Part shown: positions 1-7,509 of the stretch, piece by piece | How the letters are laid out: each line of letters begins with the position of its first letter | Numbering within the stretch: position 1 is the first letter of the stretch | Source of the DNA: Candidatus Kaiserbacteria bacterium RIFCSPLOWO2_01_FULL_55_19 | GTDB lineage: Bacteria > Patescibacteriota > Minisyncoccia > Phycocordibacterales > Phycocordibacteraceae | DNA length: 24,832 nt | Reading direction: 5' to 3' | Assembly (NCBI GenBank): GCA_001781715.1 | Contig: MFMD01000036.1 | Span: 1 to 24,832, forward strand | Position numbers and translations under genes: made by a program | Notes under the pieces: generated by a model | Databases searched by the model: none | Seen by the model: the letters and a program-made list of their open reading frames with translations, nothing else | Told to the model about the DNA's origin: nothing

Positions 1-2
1 AG

Positions 3-584
3 AATCTTGACGCGAACAAGCGTCAGGCGCTCTTCGGCATCGTGCAGGGCGGGAGGCACGAGGACTTGCGCAGGGAGTCGGCGCGTGAGATCGCCTCGCT
101 TGGTTTTGACGGCATCGGCATCGGGGGCTCCTTCAGCAAAGAGGATATGCGCGGGGCGCTCTCCGCGGCAGTGGGGGAACTCCCCGAGGAGTTGCCGCGC
201 CACTTCCTCGGCATCGGCGAGCCCGGAGATATTTTAGAAGGCGTTGCTCAAGGCATGGACCTCTTTGACTGTGTCGCGGCAACGCGCATCGGGCGCCACG
301 GCTCCATCTACACCCATCACGGCATCATTCATCTAACAGGGGAGAAGTACAGAAATGATTTTGGGCCGCTTGACCCGGGACGTACCGTTCCCGGTACCGA
401 ACCCTTTACCCGCGCCTATATCGCGCATCTCATCCGCGCCAAAGAGATGCTCGGCGCCATCATCTGTTCAACGCATAATGTCGGCTTCATCCTCAATCTT
501 GTTGCGGGTGCTCGGCAGGCAATCCTTGAGGGACGATTTGATGAGTACCGGAAGGGATTCTTAAGTAACTACTATAGAAAATAA
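3..584 (+). CDS. tgt: tRNA-guanine transglycosylase, C-terminal part (5'-truncated by window edge)
   Basis: Frame is open from nt 3 (NLDANKRQALFGIVQGG...). It contains FGIVQGG, PRHFLGIGEP, DLFDCVAATRIGRHG, TRAYIAHL and THN motifs typical of Tgt. Confidence 0.96.
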   Translation, partial: NLDANKRQALFGIVQGGRHEDLRRESAREIASLGFDGIGIGGSFSKEDMRGALSAAVGELPEELPRHFLGIGEPGDILEGVAQGMDLFDCVAATRIGRHGSIYTHHGIIHLTGEKYRNDFGPLDPGRTVPGTEPFTRAYIAHLIRAKEMLGAIICSTHNVGFILNLVAGARQAILEGRFDEYRKGFLSNYYRK

Positions 585-611
585 AAAGGCAGGTCCTCCG
601 GACCTGCCTTT
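585..611. terminator. Intrinsic terminator hairpin, probably bidirectional
   Basis: Perfect 12-bp stem AAAGGCAGGTCC/GGACCTGCCTTT with a 3-nt loop right after the tgt stop. T-runs follow on both strands. Confidence 0.85.
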
Positions 612-628
612 GTCTTTGCGCGCGCTCA

Positions 629-766
629 TCATGCGGGAACGAGTCCCATCCGAAAGCCGTTCGGCATGCGAATGACGAGGGCGCTTGCCAGTCTTCCTAC
701 ACGCGACCTCCTGAAGGAAAGTGGAATCGAACAAAATAGTGATAGCATTTCCGTCTGGAAAGTCAA
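629..766 (-). CDS. Possible 45-aa small ORF (TTG start); alternatively a structured ncRNA
   Basis: AGGAG lies 4 nt before TTG. Translation MTFQTEMLSLFCSIPLSFRRSRVGRLASALVIRMPNGFRMGLVPA ends just before the 585-611 terminator. No recognisable homology. Confidence 0.3.
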   Translation of the reverse strand: MTFQTEMLSLFCSIPLSFRRSRVGRLASALVIRMPNGFRMGLVPA

Positions 767-791
767 TCAACTCCTACATTATTAAAAATAA

Positions 792-817
792 AACGGCCCA
801 CGTCTCCGTGGGTCGTT
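792..817 (-). terminator. Intrinsic terminator of the 838-1029 gene
   Basis: On the minus strand: AACGACCCACG-GAGA-CGTGGGCCGTT followed by TTATTTTT, 20 nt after the stop. Confidence 0.8.
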
Positions 818-837
818 GTGCTCTCTAGCTCTCGGCA

Positions 838-1029
838 TCAGCCGGCGCCCTTGAGCAACATTTCTTCCGCCTCTTTCAGCGGAACCTTGTGCAGGAGCGC
901 GACGCCCGCCGCGGCATGTCCGAACAGCTCGTACGTGTGGACCTTGCCGAACAAATCGAACGATATGCCCGAGGTTGTCATGCTGTGGACTCGGCGAGCG
1001 ACTTCCTCGCGTGTTGTTGCAGTAGCCAT
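838..1029 (-). CDS. 63-aa hypothetical protein
   Basis: GGAGG Shine-Dalgarno 4 nt before ATG, its own terminator, and divergent from uvrB. Confidence 0.75.
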   Translation of the reverse strand: MATATTREEVARRVHSMTTSGISFDLFGKVHTYELFGHAAAGVALLHKVPLKEAEEMLLKGAG

Positions 1030-1095
1030 AATTCCTCCATAGGTGGTCCGATGGAAAACCGTGCAGAACTGCGGGAATTATTATATACTTTACCT

Positions 1096-3192
1096 ATGCA
1101 AAGTCAATTCACGCTCCACCTGCCGTTTCAGCCCGCGGGCGACCAGCCGGCGGCGATAGAGGCGCTCATGCGAGGACTGAAAGAAGGTATGCACCACCAA
1201 ACGCTCTTTGGGGTGACCGGAAGCGGGAAGACGTTTACGATGGCAAATGTCATCGCGAAGAATGACAAGCCGACCTTGGTGCTCGCGCACAACAAGACAC
1301 TCGCCGCCCAGCTCGCACAGGAGTATCGTGAATTCTTCCCAAAGAACGTGGTGCATTACTTCGTTTCGTACTACGATTACTATCAACCGGAGGCCTATAT
1401 CGCGCACTCGGACACCTATATTGAGAAAGAGGCGATGATTAATGCCGAGATAGACCGCCTGCGCCACGCGGCAACGCAGGCCCTGCTCACGCGCAAGGAT
1501 GTCATCATTGTTGCTTCAGTTTCTGCTATCTACGGTCTCGGTTCGCCCGAGGAATATGAGAAAGTGCATGTCAAAATAGAGATGCAGGAGGCAGTAGCAG
1601 GAGGCAGGGGAGGGCTCATCAGGAAGCTTGTGGGCATCTATTTTGAACGCACGAATGCTGACCTCAATCCAGGACATCTCCGCGCCATTGGTAACTCGCT
1701 TGAGTTTATGCCGGTCAACGAGCGGGTGATGTATAAGGTGATATTTGATAATGATGTTGTCGCGCGTATAGAAAAACTTGACCCTGTCTCGCGCGCCAAG
1801 ATGGCGGAGCCGAAGTCGGTCTTCGTCTTCCCAGCGAAGCACTTCGTCAGTAGCGAAGAGGAGCGCGCTCGTGCGATAGAAGATATTAAGCTGGAACTTG
1901 ATGAACAGCTAGCAAAGTTTAAGAGAGAAGAGAAGCCGCTTGAGCATGAGCGCTTGAAACGTCGCACGCTCCACGACCTCGCTCTCATCCGCGAGCTCGG
2001 CTACACGAGCGGAATTGAGAATTACTCCCGCCACTTTGACGGGCGCGCTCCGGGCGAGCCGCCCTTCACGCTCCTCTCCTATTTCCCACATAAGAAAGAC
2101 GGTTCTGCGGATTTCCTTACGGTCATAGACGAGTCTCATGTGACCGTGCCGCAGATAGGCGGAATGTATGCGGGCGATAAGTCGCGTAAGGATGTGCTCG
2201 TTGAATACGGCTTCCGTCTCCCATCGGCGCGCGATAACCGACCACTCCGGTTTGAAGAGTTTGAGGAGCGCGTGGGGCAGGTGCTCTACACCAGCGCGAC
2301 ACCGGGGCCGTATGAAAAGAAACATTCAGAACAGATAGTGGAGCAAGTGATTCGTCCAACTGGCCTCATAGACCCCGAGCTCACCGTACGCCCCGTCTCC
2401 GAAGGACATCCGATGTCGCGGCCCGAAGTTGGACATCGGATGTCCAACTACCCGGGGCAGATTGCCGACTTTATCGCTGAAGCGGAGATAGTGATTAAGC
2501 GGAGCGGGCGCGCGCTCGCCACCACGCTGACCAAGCAGATGGCAGAGGATCTCGCCGCCTTCCTGCGCGAGAAGGGGATGAAGGCAGAGTATCTCCATTC
2601 GGACGTGAAGACGATTGACCGCATAGATATCCTGACCAAGTTCCGAAAGGGAGGATTTGATATCCTCGTCGGGGTGAACCTGCTTCGCGAGGGGCTGGAT
2701 CTGCCCGAGGTGGAGCTTGTCGGGATATTAGACGCAGATAAAGAGGGATTCCTGCGGAGCGAGACCTCGCTTATCCAGACCATCGGGCGCGCCGCCCGGA
2801 ACGTGCTCGGCAGGGTCATCCTCTACGCCGACCAGATGACGGGCTCGCTTGACCGCGCTATCGGCGAGACGAACCGCCGTAGAGAAAAGCAGATAGCGTA
2901 CAACACGAAGCACGGCATCACCCCGCTCACGATTAAGAAAGAGATTCACGACATCGCCGCGTCTATGCGCACTGAGCACCAGCGCACGATTGACGAGCTC
3001 CTCGTGCTGGACACGCTTGCTTACAAGGACGACCCGAAAGCATTTATCAAACGAAAGAAGGAAGAGATGGCAGAGGCGGTAGAGCAGCTGGACTTCGAGA
3101 CCGCCGCACTTATCAGGGACGAAATCTACAAGCTGGAAGGCACCGGCCCCAAGGCCCGCAAACCCCGCACCCGCAAACCTTTGTCTGGTTAG
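1096..3192 (+). CDS. uvrB: Excinuclease ABC subunit B
   Basis: Motifs PAGDQP, GVTGSGKT, HNKTLAAQL, YFVSYYDYYQPEAY, DESH, GVNLLREGLDLPEV and QTIGRAARN, plus a C-terminal UVR motif. Start placed at ATG 1096 (TATACT at 1084-1089); the 889 start is spurious. Confidence 0.98.
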   Translation: MQSQFTLHLPFQPAGDQPAAIEALMRGLKEGMHHQTLFGVTGSGKTFTMANVIAKNDKPTLVLAHNKTLAAQLAQEYREFFPKNVVHYFVSYYDYYQPEAYIAHSDTYIEKEAMINAEIDRLRHAATQALLTRKDVIIVASVSAIYGLGSPEEYEKVHVKIEMQEAVAGGRGGLIRKLVGIYFERTNADLNPGHLRAIGNSLEFMPVNERVMYKVIFDNDVVARIEKLDPVSRAKMAEPKSVFVFPAKHFVSSEEERARAIEDIKLELDEQLAKFKREEKPLEHERLKRRTLHDLALIRELGYTSGIENYSRHFDGRAPGEPPFTLLSYFPHKKDGSADFLTVIDESHVTVPQIGGMYAGDKSRKDVLVEYGFRLPSARDNRPLRFEEFEERVGQVLYTSATPGPYEKKHSEQIVEQVIRPTGLIDPELTVRPVSEGHPMSRPEVGHRMSNYPGQIADFIAEAEIVIKRSGRALATTLTKQMAEDLAAFLREKGMKAEYLHSDVKTIDRIDILTKFRKGGFDILVGVNLLREGLDLPEVELVGILDADKEGFLRSETSLIQTIGRAARNVLGRVILYADQMTGSLDRAIGETNRRREKQIAYNTKHGITPLTIKKEIHDIAASMRTEHQRTIDELLVLDTLAYKDDPKAFIKRKKEEMAEAVEQLDFETAALIRDEIYKLEGTGPKARKPRTRKPLSG
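2404..2449. repeat. Paired palindrome, copy in uvrB (GGACATCCGATGTC...AGTTGGACATCGGATGTCCAACT)
   Basis: Two GACATC-N-GATGTC cores start at 2405 and 2432. The second extends to a 23-nt palindrome (2427-2449). Encodes GHPMSRPEVGHRMSN. Confidence 0.9.
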
Positions 3193-3326
3193 AACTAGAA
3201 AAAGAAAATCTTGATAGCAATTGCCAGAACTAGAAGAAGGGTCACAATTGTCACCCAATTTATTTCCTTCAGTAATCCAAATAATCCCTCTTTTCAATAG
3301 GACTCATTTCTTAACTTTAGCATATC

Positions 3327-3335
3327 TGCTATACT
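3327..3335 (+). promoter_or_regulatory. Extended -10 promoter of uvrA (TGcTATACT)
   Basis: TG-n-TATACT 37 nt upstream of the uvrA ATG. Confidence 0.6.
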
Positions 3336-3348
3336 CATACCGTACCTG

Positions 3349-3370
3349 CCCCGCCACGGGCGGGGATTTT
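3349..3370 (+). terminator. GC-rich hairpin with a short T-tail in the uvrA leader
   Basis: CCCCGCC-ACG-GGCGGGG followed by ATTTT, immediately before the uvrA ATG. Confidence 0.45.
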
Positions 3371-3372
3371 CT

Positions 3373-6066
3373 ATGAAAAAGACCAAAGATAAACCTATGA
3401 AAGACCTCAGAGGTCCTTCATCTGATGAGCGACCTCCGAGGTCGAATGCGCACCGGCACGGAAGCGATTGGCTCGTGGTGAAAGGTGCGCGTACCCACAA
3501 CTTGAAGAACATTACGGTAGAGATGCCGCGTGGCGCGATGAGCGTCATCACCGGCCTCTCGGGGAGCGGTAAGTCCTCGCTCGCCTTTGACACCATCTTC
3601 GCCGAGGGGCAGCGGCGCTATGTAGAATCGCTCTCCGCATACGCGCGACAATTCCTGAATCAGATGGCGAAGCCGGATGTGGACGAGATTGTCGGGCTCT
3701 CGCCAGCAATTTCTATAGACCAGAAGAGCCGTTCCAATAACCCGCGCTCTACGGTGGCGACCGTGACCGAGATTTATGACTACCTGCGCGTCTTGTACGC
3801 GCGCGCCGGTCAGCCGTACTGCATTCATCACGATGTGCCCATAGTGCGCCTCTCCAAGGAGGAGATGATTAAACTCGTCTTTCAGCGAGTGGAGGCAGGG
3901 AGCAGGAGCAGTATGCAGGGACCCGAAGTGCTTGGTGTGGCGGTTGATAAACGCGCAGTCACTGTGTATGCACCAGTTGTTGTGGGGAGAAAGGGCGAGT
4001 ATTATCAGCTCCTCTACGACCTGCTTAGTAAGGGGTATGAAAAAGTTGTCGTTGATGGGAAGGTGCATTCGCTCCGGGAGAAGATTGTAATGGAGCGCAA
4101 TAAGGTGCACAGCATTGATGCGATTGTGGACTCTATCTTCGTTTCTGAATTCGCTCGTTCCACACAGGGCGCGCGCGAACGGCTCTCGGAGGCGCTTGAG
4201 CTCGCGCTGAAGCAGTCCGATGGACTGGTGAAGATTAAGCACGCCGACGGTACGCTGGAGACGCTCTCGGCGAAGTTCATCTGCCCCGAGGACGGTGCAT
4301 CGTTCCCCGAGGTGGAGCCACGCCTCTTCTCCTTCAACTCGCCCTACGGCGCTTGCCCTGCCTGCCACGGCCTCGGTACAGAGTCCCTTTTCTCTGAAGC
4401 GGTATGCCCCGTCTGTGAGGGGAAACGACTGCGCCCCGAAGCATTGCGCGTGTATCTCAAGAGCAAGAAGGATAAGACACTGGGCTCGAGCATTGTGGAC
4501 TTCACCAATATGTCCATCCGCGAAGCAAAGGATTTCGTAGATACCATCCAGCTTTCGGAGATGAAGCAGGATATCGCATTCCCTATTTTGAAAGAGATAG
4601 ACAGTCGTCTCACCTTTATGTTGAATGTCGGTCTGGACTATCTCACCCTGAATCGCTCGGCCGCAACCCTTTCGGGTGGCGAGGCACAGCGCATCCGCCT
4701 CGCCTCACAGCTCGGGAGTGGGCTTACGGGTGCCTTGTATGTGCTTGACGAACCGACTATCGGGCTCCATCAGCGCGATAATGACCGCCTCATCAAGACC
4801 CTTCTTACGCTCAAAGAACTCGGGAATACGATTATCGTCGTTGAGCACGACGAGGACACCATCTACTCCGCTGACTACCTCGTAGACATTGGTCCGGGCG
4901 CGGGCATACACGGAGGAACCGTCGTGGCCTCCGGTTGGTTAGACGATTTACTTACTGCGAAGAAGAATGACTCGGACTCGCTCACGCTTTCATACTTGCG
5001 ACAGGAGAAGGAAATACCAATGCCCGAGAAACGGCGCACGAGCGAGAAGGGTGCGATTAAAGTGCGCGGAGCGACCCTCCACAATCTGGTGAACCAGAAT
5101 ATTGATGTACCGCTCGGGAAGCTCGTCTGCATCACCGGCGTCTCGGGGAGCGGGAAGTCCACCTTCCTCTACGATATTTTGCATCGCAACATCGCGGCGC
5201 GCTTCGCCCGCCGCGAGGCGAAACTTGAGCACATCGCTTCCTTAACCGGTACCGAGTATGTCGGGCGCGCCGTACTCATTGACCAGTCGCCCATCGGCCG
5301 TACCCCGCGTTCTAACCCAGCGACCTATACAGGCGCTTTTACCCATATCCGCGATCTTTTCGCCGCCACCCCCGAGGCGCGCGCGAGAGGATGGAAGCCG
5401 GGCCGCTTTTCCTTCAATGTCCCCGGTGGCCGCTGCGAGGCGTGCCAAGGGAACGGCTCTATCGCGGTAGAGATGCACTTCTTGCCGACCGTGTATGTGA
5501 CCTGTGATATCTGCATGGGCATGCGATTTATGAAGGAGACGCTGGAGATTACCTTCCGCGGGAAGAATATCTATGAGGTGCTCCAGATGACGATTGAGGA
5601 GGCGGAGAAATTCTTCGGCGACATTCCGGCGATCAACGACCGCCTAATGAGTCTTAATTCAACCGGGCTCCAGTATCTCACACTTGGACAGAGCGCAACG
5701 ACGCTTTCGGGTGGCGAAGCGCAACGCGTGAAGATCGCGAGCGAGCTTTACCGCTCGCAGACGATGAAGACGATTTACTTGCTTGATGAACCAACAGTCG
5801 GTCTCCACTACGAGGATGTACACAAATTGATTGAAATCCTCCAAGAGCTTGTGCGGCGTGGGAATACAGTCGTCGTCATTGAACACAATCTCGATGTCGT
5901 GAAGAGCGCTGACCACATCATTGACTTCGGCCCCGAGGGCGGGCAGGGCGGTGGTAAAATCGTTGCCAAGGGTACGCCCGAAGAAGTCGCCGACACAGAC
6001 GGCTCTTATACCGGCGAATATCTTGCAAGAGCTCTCAAACATCATGCAAAAAAGCGATCTGCGTAA
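3373..6066 (+). CDS. uvrA: Excinuclease ABC subunit A (lacks the insertion domain)
   Basis: [10 protein letters not shown], two Walker A motifs ([18 protein letters not shown]), two LSGGEAQR signatures, LDEPT, and Zn-finger CEACQG...CDIC. Start may be 3373 or 3397. Confidence 0.98.
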   Translation: MKKTKDKPMKDLRGPSSDERPPRSNAHRHGSDWLVVKGARTHNLKNITVEMPRGAMSVITGLSGSGKSSLAFDTIFAEGQRRYVESLSAYARQFLNQMAKPDVDEIVGLSPAISIDQKSRSNNPRSTVATVTEIYDYLRVLYARAGQPYCIHHDVPIVRLSKEEMIKLVFQRVEAGSRSSMQGPEVLGVAVDKRAVTVYAPVVVGRKGEYYQLLYDLLSKGYEKVVVDGKVHSLREKIVMERNKVHSIDAIVDSIFVSEFARSTQGARERLSEALELALKQSDGLVKIKHADGTLETLSAKFICPEDGASFPEVEPRLFSFNSPYGACPACHGLGTESLFSEAVCPVCEGKRLRPEALRVYLKSKKDKTLGSSIVDFTNMSIREAKDFVDTIQLSEMKQDIAFPILKEIDSRLTFMLNVGLDYLTLNRSAATLSGGEAQRIRLASQLGSGLTGALYVLDEPTIGLHQRDNDRLIKTLLTLKELGNTIIVVEHDEDTIYSADYLVDIGPGAGIHGGTVVASGWLDDLLTAKKNDSDSLTLSYLRQEKEIPMPEKRRTSEKGAIKVRGATLHNLVNQNIDVPLGKLVCITGVSGSGKSTFLYDILHRNIAARFARREAKLEHIASLTGTEYVGRAVLIDQSPIGRTPRSNPATYTGAFTHIRDLFAATPEARARGWKPGRFSFNVPGGRCEACQGNGSIAVEMHFLPTVYVTCDICMGMRFMKETLEITFRGKNIYEVLQMTIEEAEKFFGDIPAINDRLMSLNSTGLQYLTLGQSATTLSGGEAQRVKIASELYRSQTMKTIYLLDEPTVGLHYEDVHKLIEILQELVRRGNTVVVIEHNLDVVKSADHIIDFGPEGGQGGGKIVAKGTPEEVADTDGSYTGEYLARALKHHAKKRSA
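3403..3444. repeat. Paired palindrome, copy in uvrA N-terminus (GACCTCAGAGGTC...CGACCTCCGAGGTCG)
   Basis: Two GACCTC-N-GAGGTC cores start at 3403 and 3431. The spacer contains a third palindrome, TCATC-T-GATGA. Confidence 0.85.
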
Positions 6067-7309
6067 ATTAAATCTGCCGGATGTGCCGGGCGTATATCTC
6101 TTCAAACAGGGGAGGAAGGTGTTGTATGTCGGCAAGGCGACATCGCTCCGCGATCGCGTGCACTCCTATTTTGACGATGACCTTATAGCGACACGCGGGC
6201 CGCGCGTCGTGGATATGGTGACGAAGGCCGATCGCGTGAGTTATGAGCCGACACCAACCGTGCTTGAGGCGCTGGTGCGCGAGGCGGCGCTTATCAAGAA
6301 GTATTGTCCGAGTGCAAATGTGGATGGGAAAGATGACAAAACCTTTCTCTATGCAGTCATCACGAAGGAGGCGATACCGCGCGTGCTCGCTGTGCGCGGG
6401 AAAGATATAGATTTTCAGAGCAAAACCTACAACCTACAAACTACAATCTACAAACTGAAATCCATTTACGGACCGTTCCCGTCGGGCGCGCAGCTGCGCG
6501 AGGGTCTGCGGCTCATCCGCCGCATCTTTCCCTTCTTTGATATGTCGAAGCCGCTGGGAGCGAAAAGTAAGCATCAAGCGGCGAAGATAGAATTTAATAC
6601 ACAGATTAAACAGTACCCGCGCTCGTATGACGCGAGAGAATACGCGCGTACGATACGGCGCGTGATGCTCTTCTTAAGCGGGCGGGGAAAGGAGTTGCGC
6701 ACCATGCTTGAGCGGGAGATGCGGCAGGCCGCAAAGGACGAACGCTTTGAGGATGCGGCGGAGGCGCGCCGCGAACTTTTCGCACTCAATCATATCCAGG
6801 ATGTTTCTCTCATCAAGGACGAAGACGGATATCAAAAGAATGTACCGGTCGGTACAAAGCTTGGATACCGGATTGAAGCGTATGACACAGCACATCTCTC
6901 GGGGACGAACGCCATCGGCGTGATGACGGTAGTTGTTGACGGAGCGCCGGTTAAGAAGGAGTATCGAACCTTCCGTATTCGCGGCGTGCAAAAGAATGAC
7001 GACGTCGCTTCGCTCACCGAGATTCTCTCTCGCCGTTTGAAGCACCCCGAATGGCCGTTCCCGCAGGTTGTCATTGTTGACGGCGGAGTAGCCCAGAAGA
7101 GAGCGGCAGAGCGCGTACTCTCGAAAGAGGGCATTGCTATTACTGTCGCAGCGGTAGTAAAGGATGAGCGACATCGTCCACGCGAGGTTATCGGTGCGCG
7201 CCGCGCCGGCATCAGCGAAGTCGATGCGGTTCTCGCTAACAGCGAAGCGCACCGCTTCTCGCTCTCTCGCCATCGAATGGCTCGCTCGCGAGAGATGCAC
7301 TCGAAGTGA
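6044..7309 (+). CDS. uvrC: Excinuclease ABC subunit C, shortened (GIY-YIG + UVR + RNase H-like domains, no HhH tail)
   Basis: LPDVPGVYLF/YVGKA, EALVREAALIK, UVR motif (ERFEDAAEARR), RIEAYDTAH and IVDGG. ATG at 6044 overlaps the end of uvrA. Confidence 0.93.
   Translation: MQKSDLRKLNLPDVPGVYLFKQGRKVLYVGKATSLRDRVHSYFDDDLIATRGPRVVDMVTKADRVSYEPTPTVLEALVREAALIKKYCPSANVDGKDDKTFLYAVITKEAIPRVLAVRGKDIDFQSKTYNLQTTIYKLKSIYGPFPSGAQLREGLRLIRRIFPFFDMSKPLGAKSKHQAAKIEFNTQIKQYPRSYDAREYARTIRRVMLFLSGRGKELRTMLEREMRQAAKDERFEDAAEARRELFALNHIQDVSLIKDEDGYQKNVPVGTKLGYRIEAYDTAHLSGTNAIGVMTVVVDGAPVKKEYRTFRIRGVQKNDDVASLTEILSRRLKHPEWPFPQVVIVDGGVAQKRAAERVLSKEGIAITVAAVVKDERHRPREVIGARRAGISEVDAVLANSEAHRFSLSRHRMARSREMHSK
6424..6465 (+). 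repeat. Degenerate 7-nt tandem repeat AA(A/C/T)CTAC inside uvrC
   Basis: aacctac aacctac aaactac aatctac aaactga aatccat; encodes KTYNLQTTIYKLKS. Confidence 0.8.
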
Positions 7310-7334
7310 TTTGATATACACAGCACACAGAGAG

Positions 7335-7357
7335 ACGCCGAGGCCTCGGTGTAGAAT
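7335..7357 (+). promoter_or_regulatory. Palindrome abutting a TAGAAT -10 box
   Basis: ACGCCGAGG/CCTCGGTGT (7335-7352, perfect 12-nt core CCGAGGCCTCGG). TAGAAT at 7352-7357 lies 6 nt before ATG 7364. Confidence 0.6.
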
Positions 7358-7363
7358 CAAGCT

Positions 7364-7486
7364 ATGAAAACAAAAGCAGTGCGCAGTGCCATCACCGGGC
7401 GGTTTGTCCACAAAGGGAAGGCGACCGCCAATCCAAAAACGACCGTCACGCAAACACTTAGAACCGCAGGGCGGAAGCGCGGCTAG
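7364..7486 (+). CDS. 40-aa basic small protein (RSAITGRFV...PKTTV motif), not in the ORF track
   Basis: MKTKAVRSAITGRFVHKGKATANPKTTVTQTLRTAGRKRG. It has a -10 box 6 nt upstream and fills the uvrC-ddl gap. Confidence 0.8.
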   Translation: MKTKAVRSAITGRFVHKGKATANPKTTVTQTLRTAGRKRG

Positions 7487-7509
7487 TTTGTCCTTGGTAT
7501 ACTGAGGTG

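Noticed and set aside
620-690. Hammerhead ribozyme or SRP RNA (ATGATGAG and CAGGTCCGGA look-alikes)
   Set aside because: The CUGANGA/GAAA core is not satisfied. The CAGGTCCGGAGG sequence is part of a perfect terminator stem and lacks the SRP GGAAGGAAGCAG loop.
561-770. 69-aa minus-strand ORF from the track
   Set aside because: It runs through the terminator into tgt, and its TTG abuts the AGGAG with no spacing.
889-1095. N-terminal extension of UvrB and ORF 818-1042 (+)
   Set aside because: They overlap the better-supported minus-strand 63-aa gene. UvrB homology and the -10 box point to ATG 1096.
1051-1095. LexA/SOS box upstream of the uvr genes
   Set aside because: No CTGT-N8-ACAG or GAAC-N4-GTTC match is visible. 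The short GCAG-AA-CTGC palindrome is too weak.
3294-3296. Genetic code 25 (UGA=Gly) suggested by the in-frame TGA
   Set aside because: Conserved genes (uvrC, mnmA, oxidoreductase) end at TGA, and several ATGA stop/start overlaps are present.
3269-3307. [12 protein letters not shown] micro-ORF resembling a DUF86/HepT N-terminus
   Set aside because: It is only 12 codons with no downstream continuation, so chance similarity is likely.
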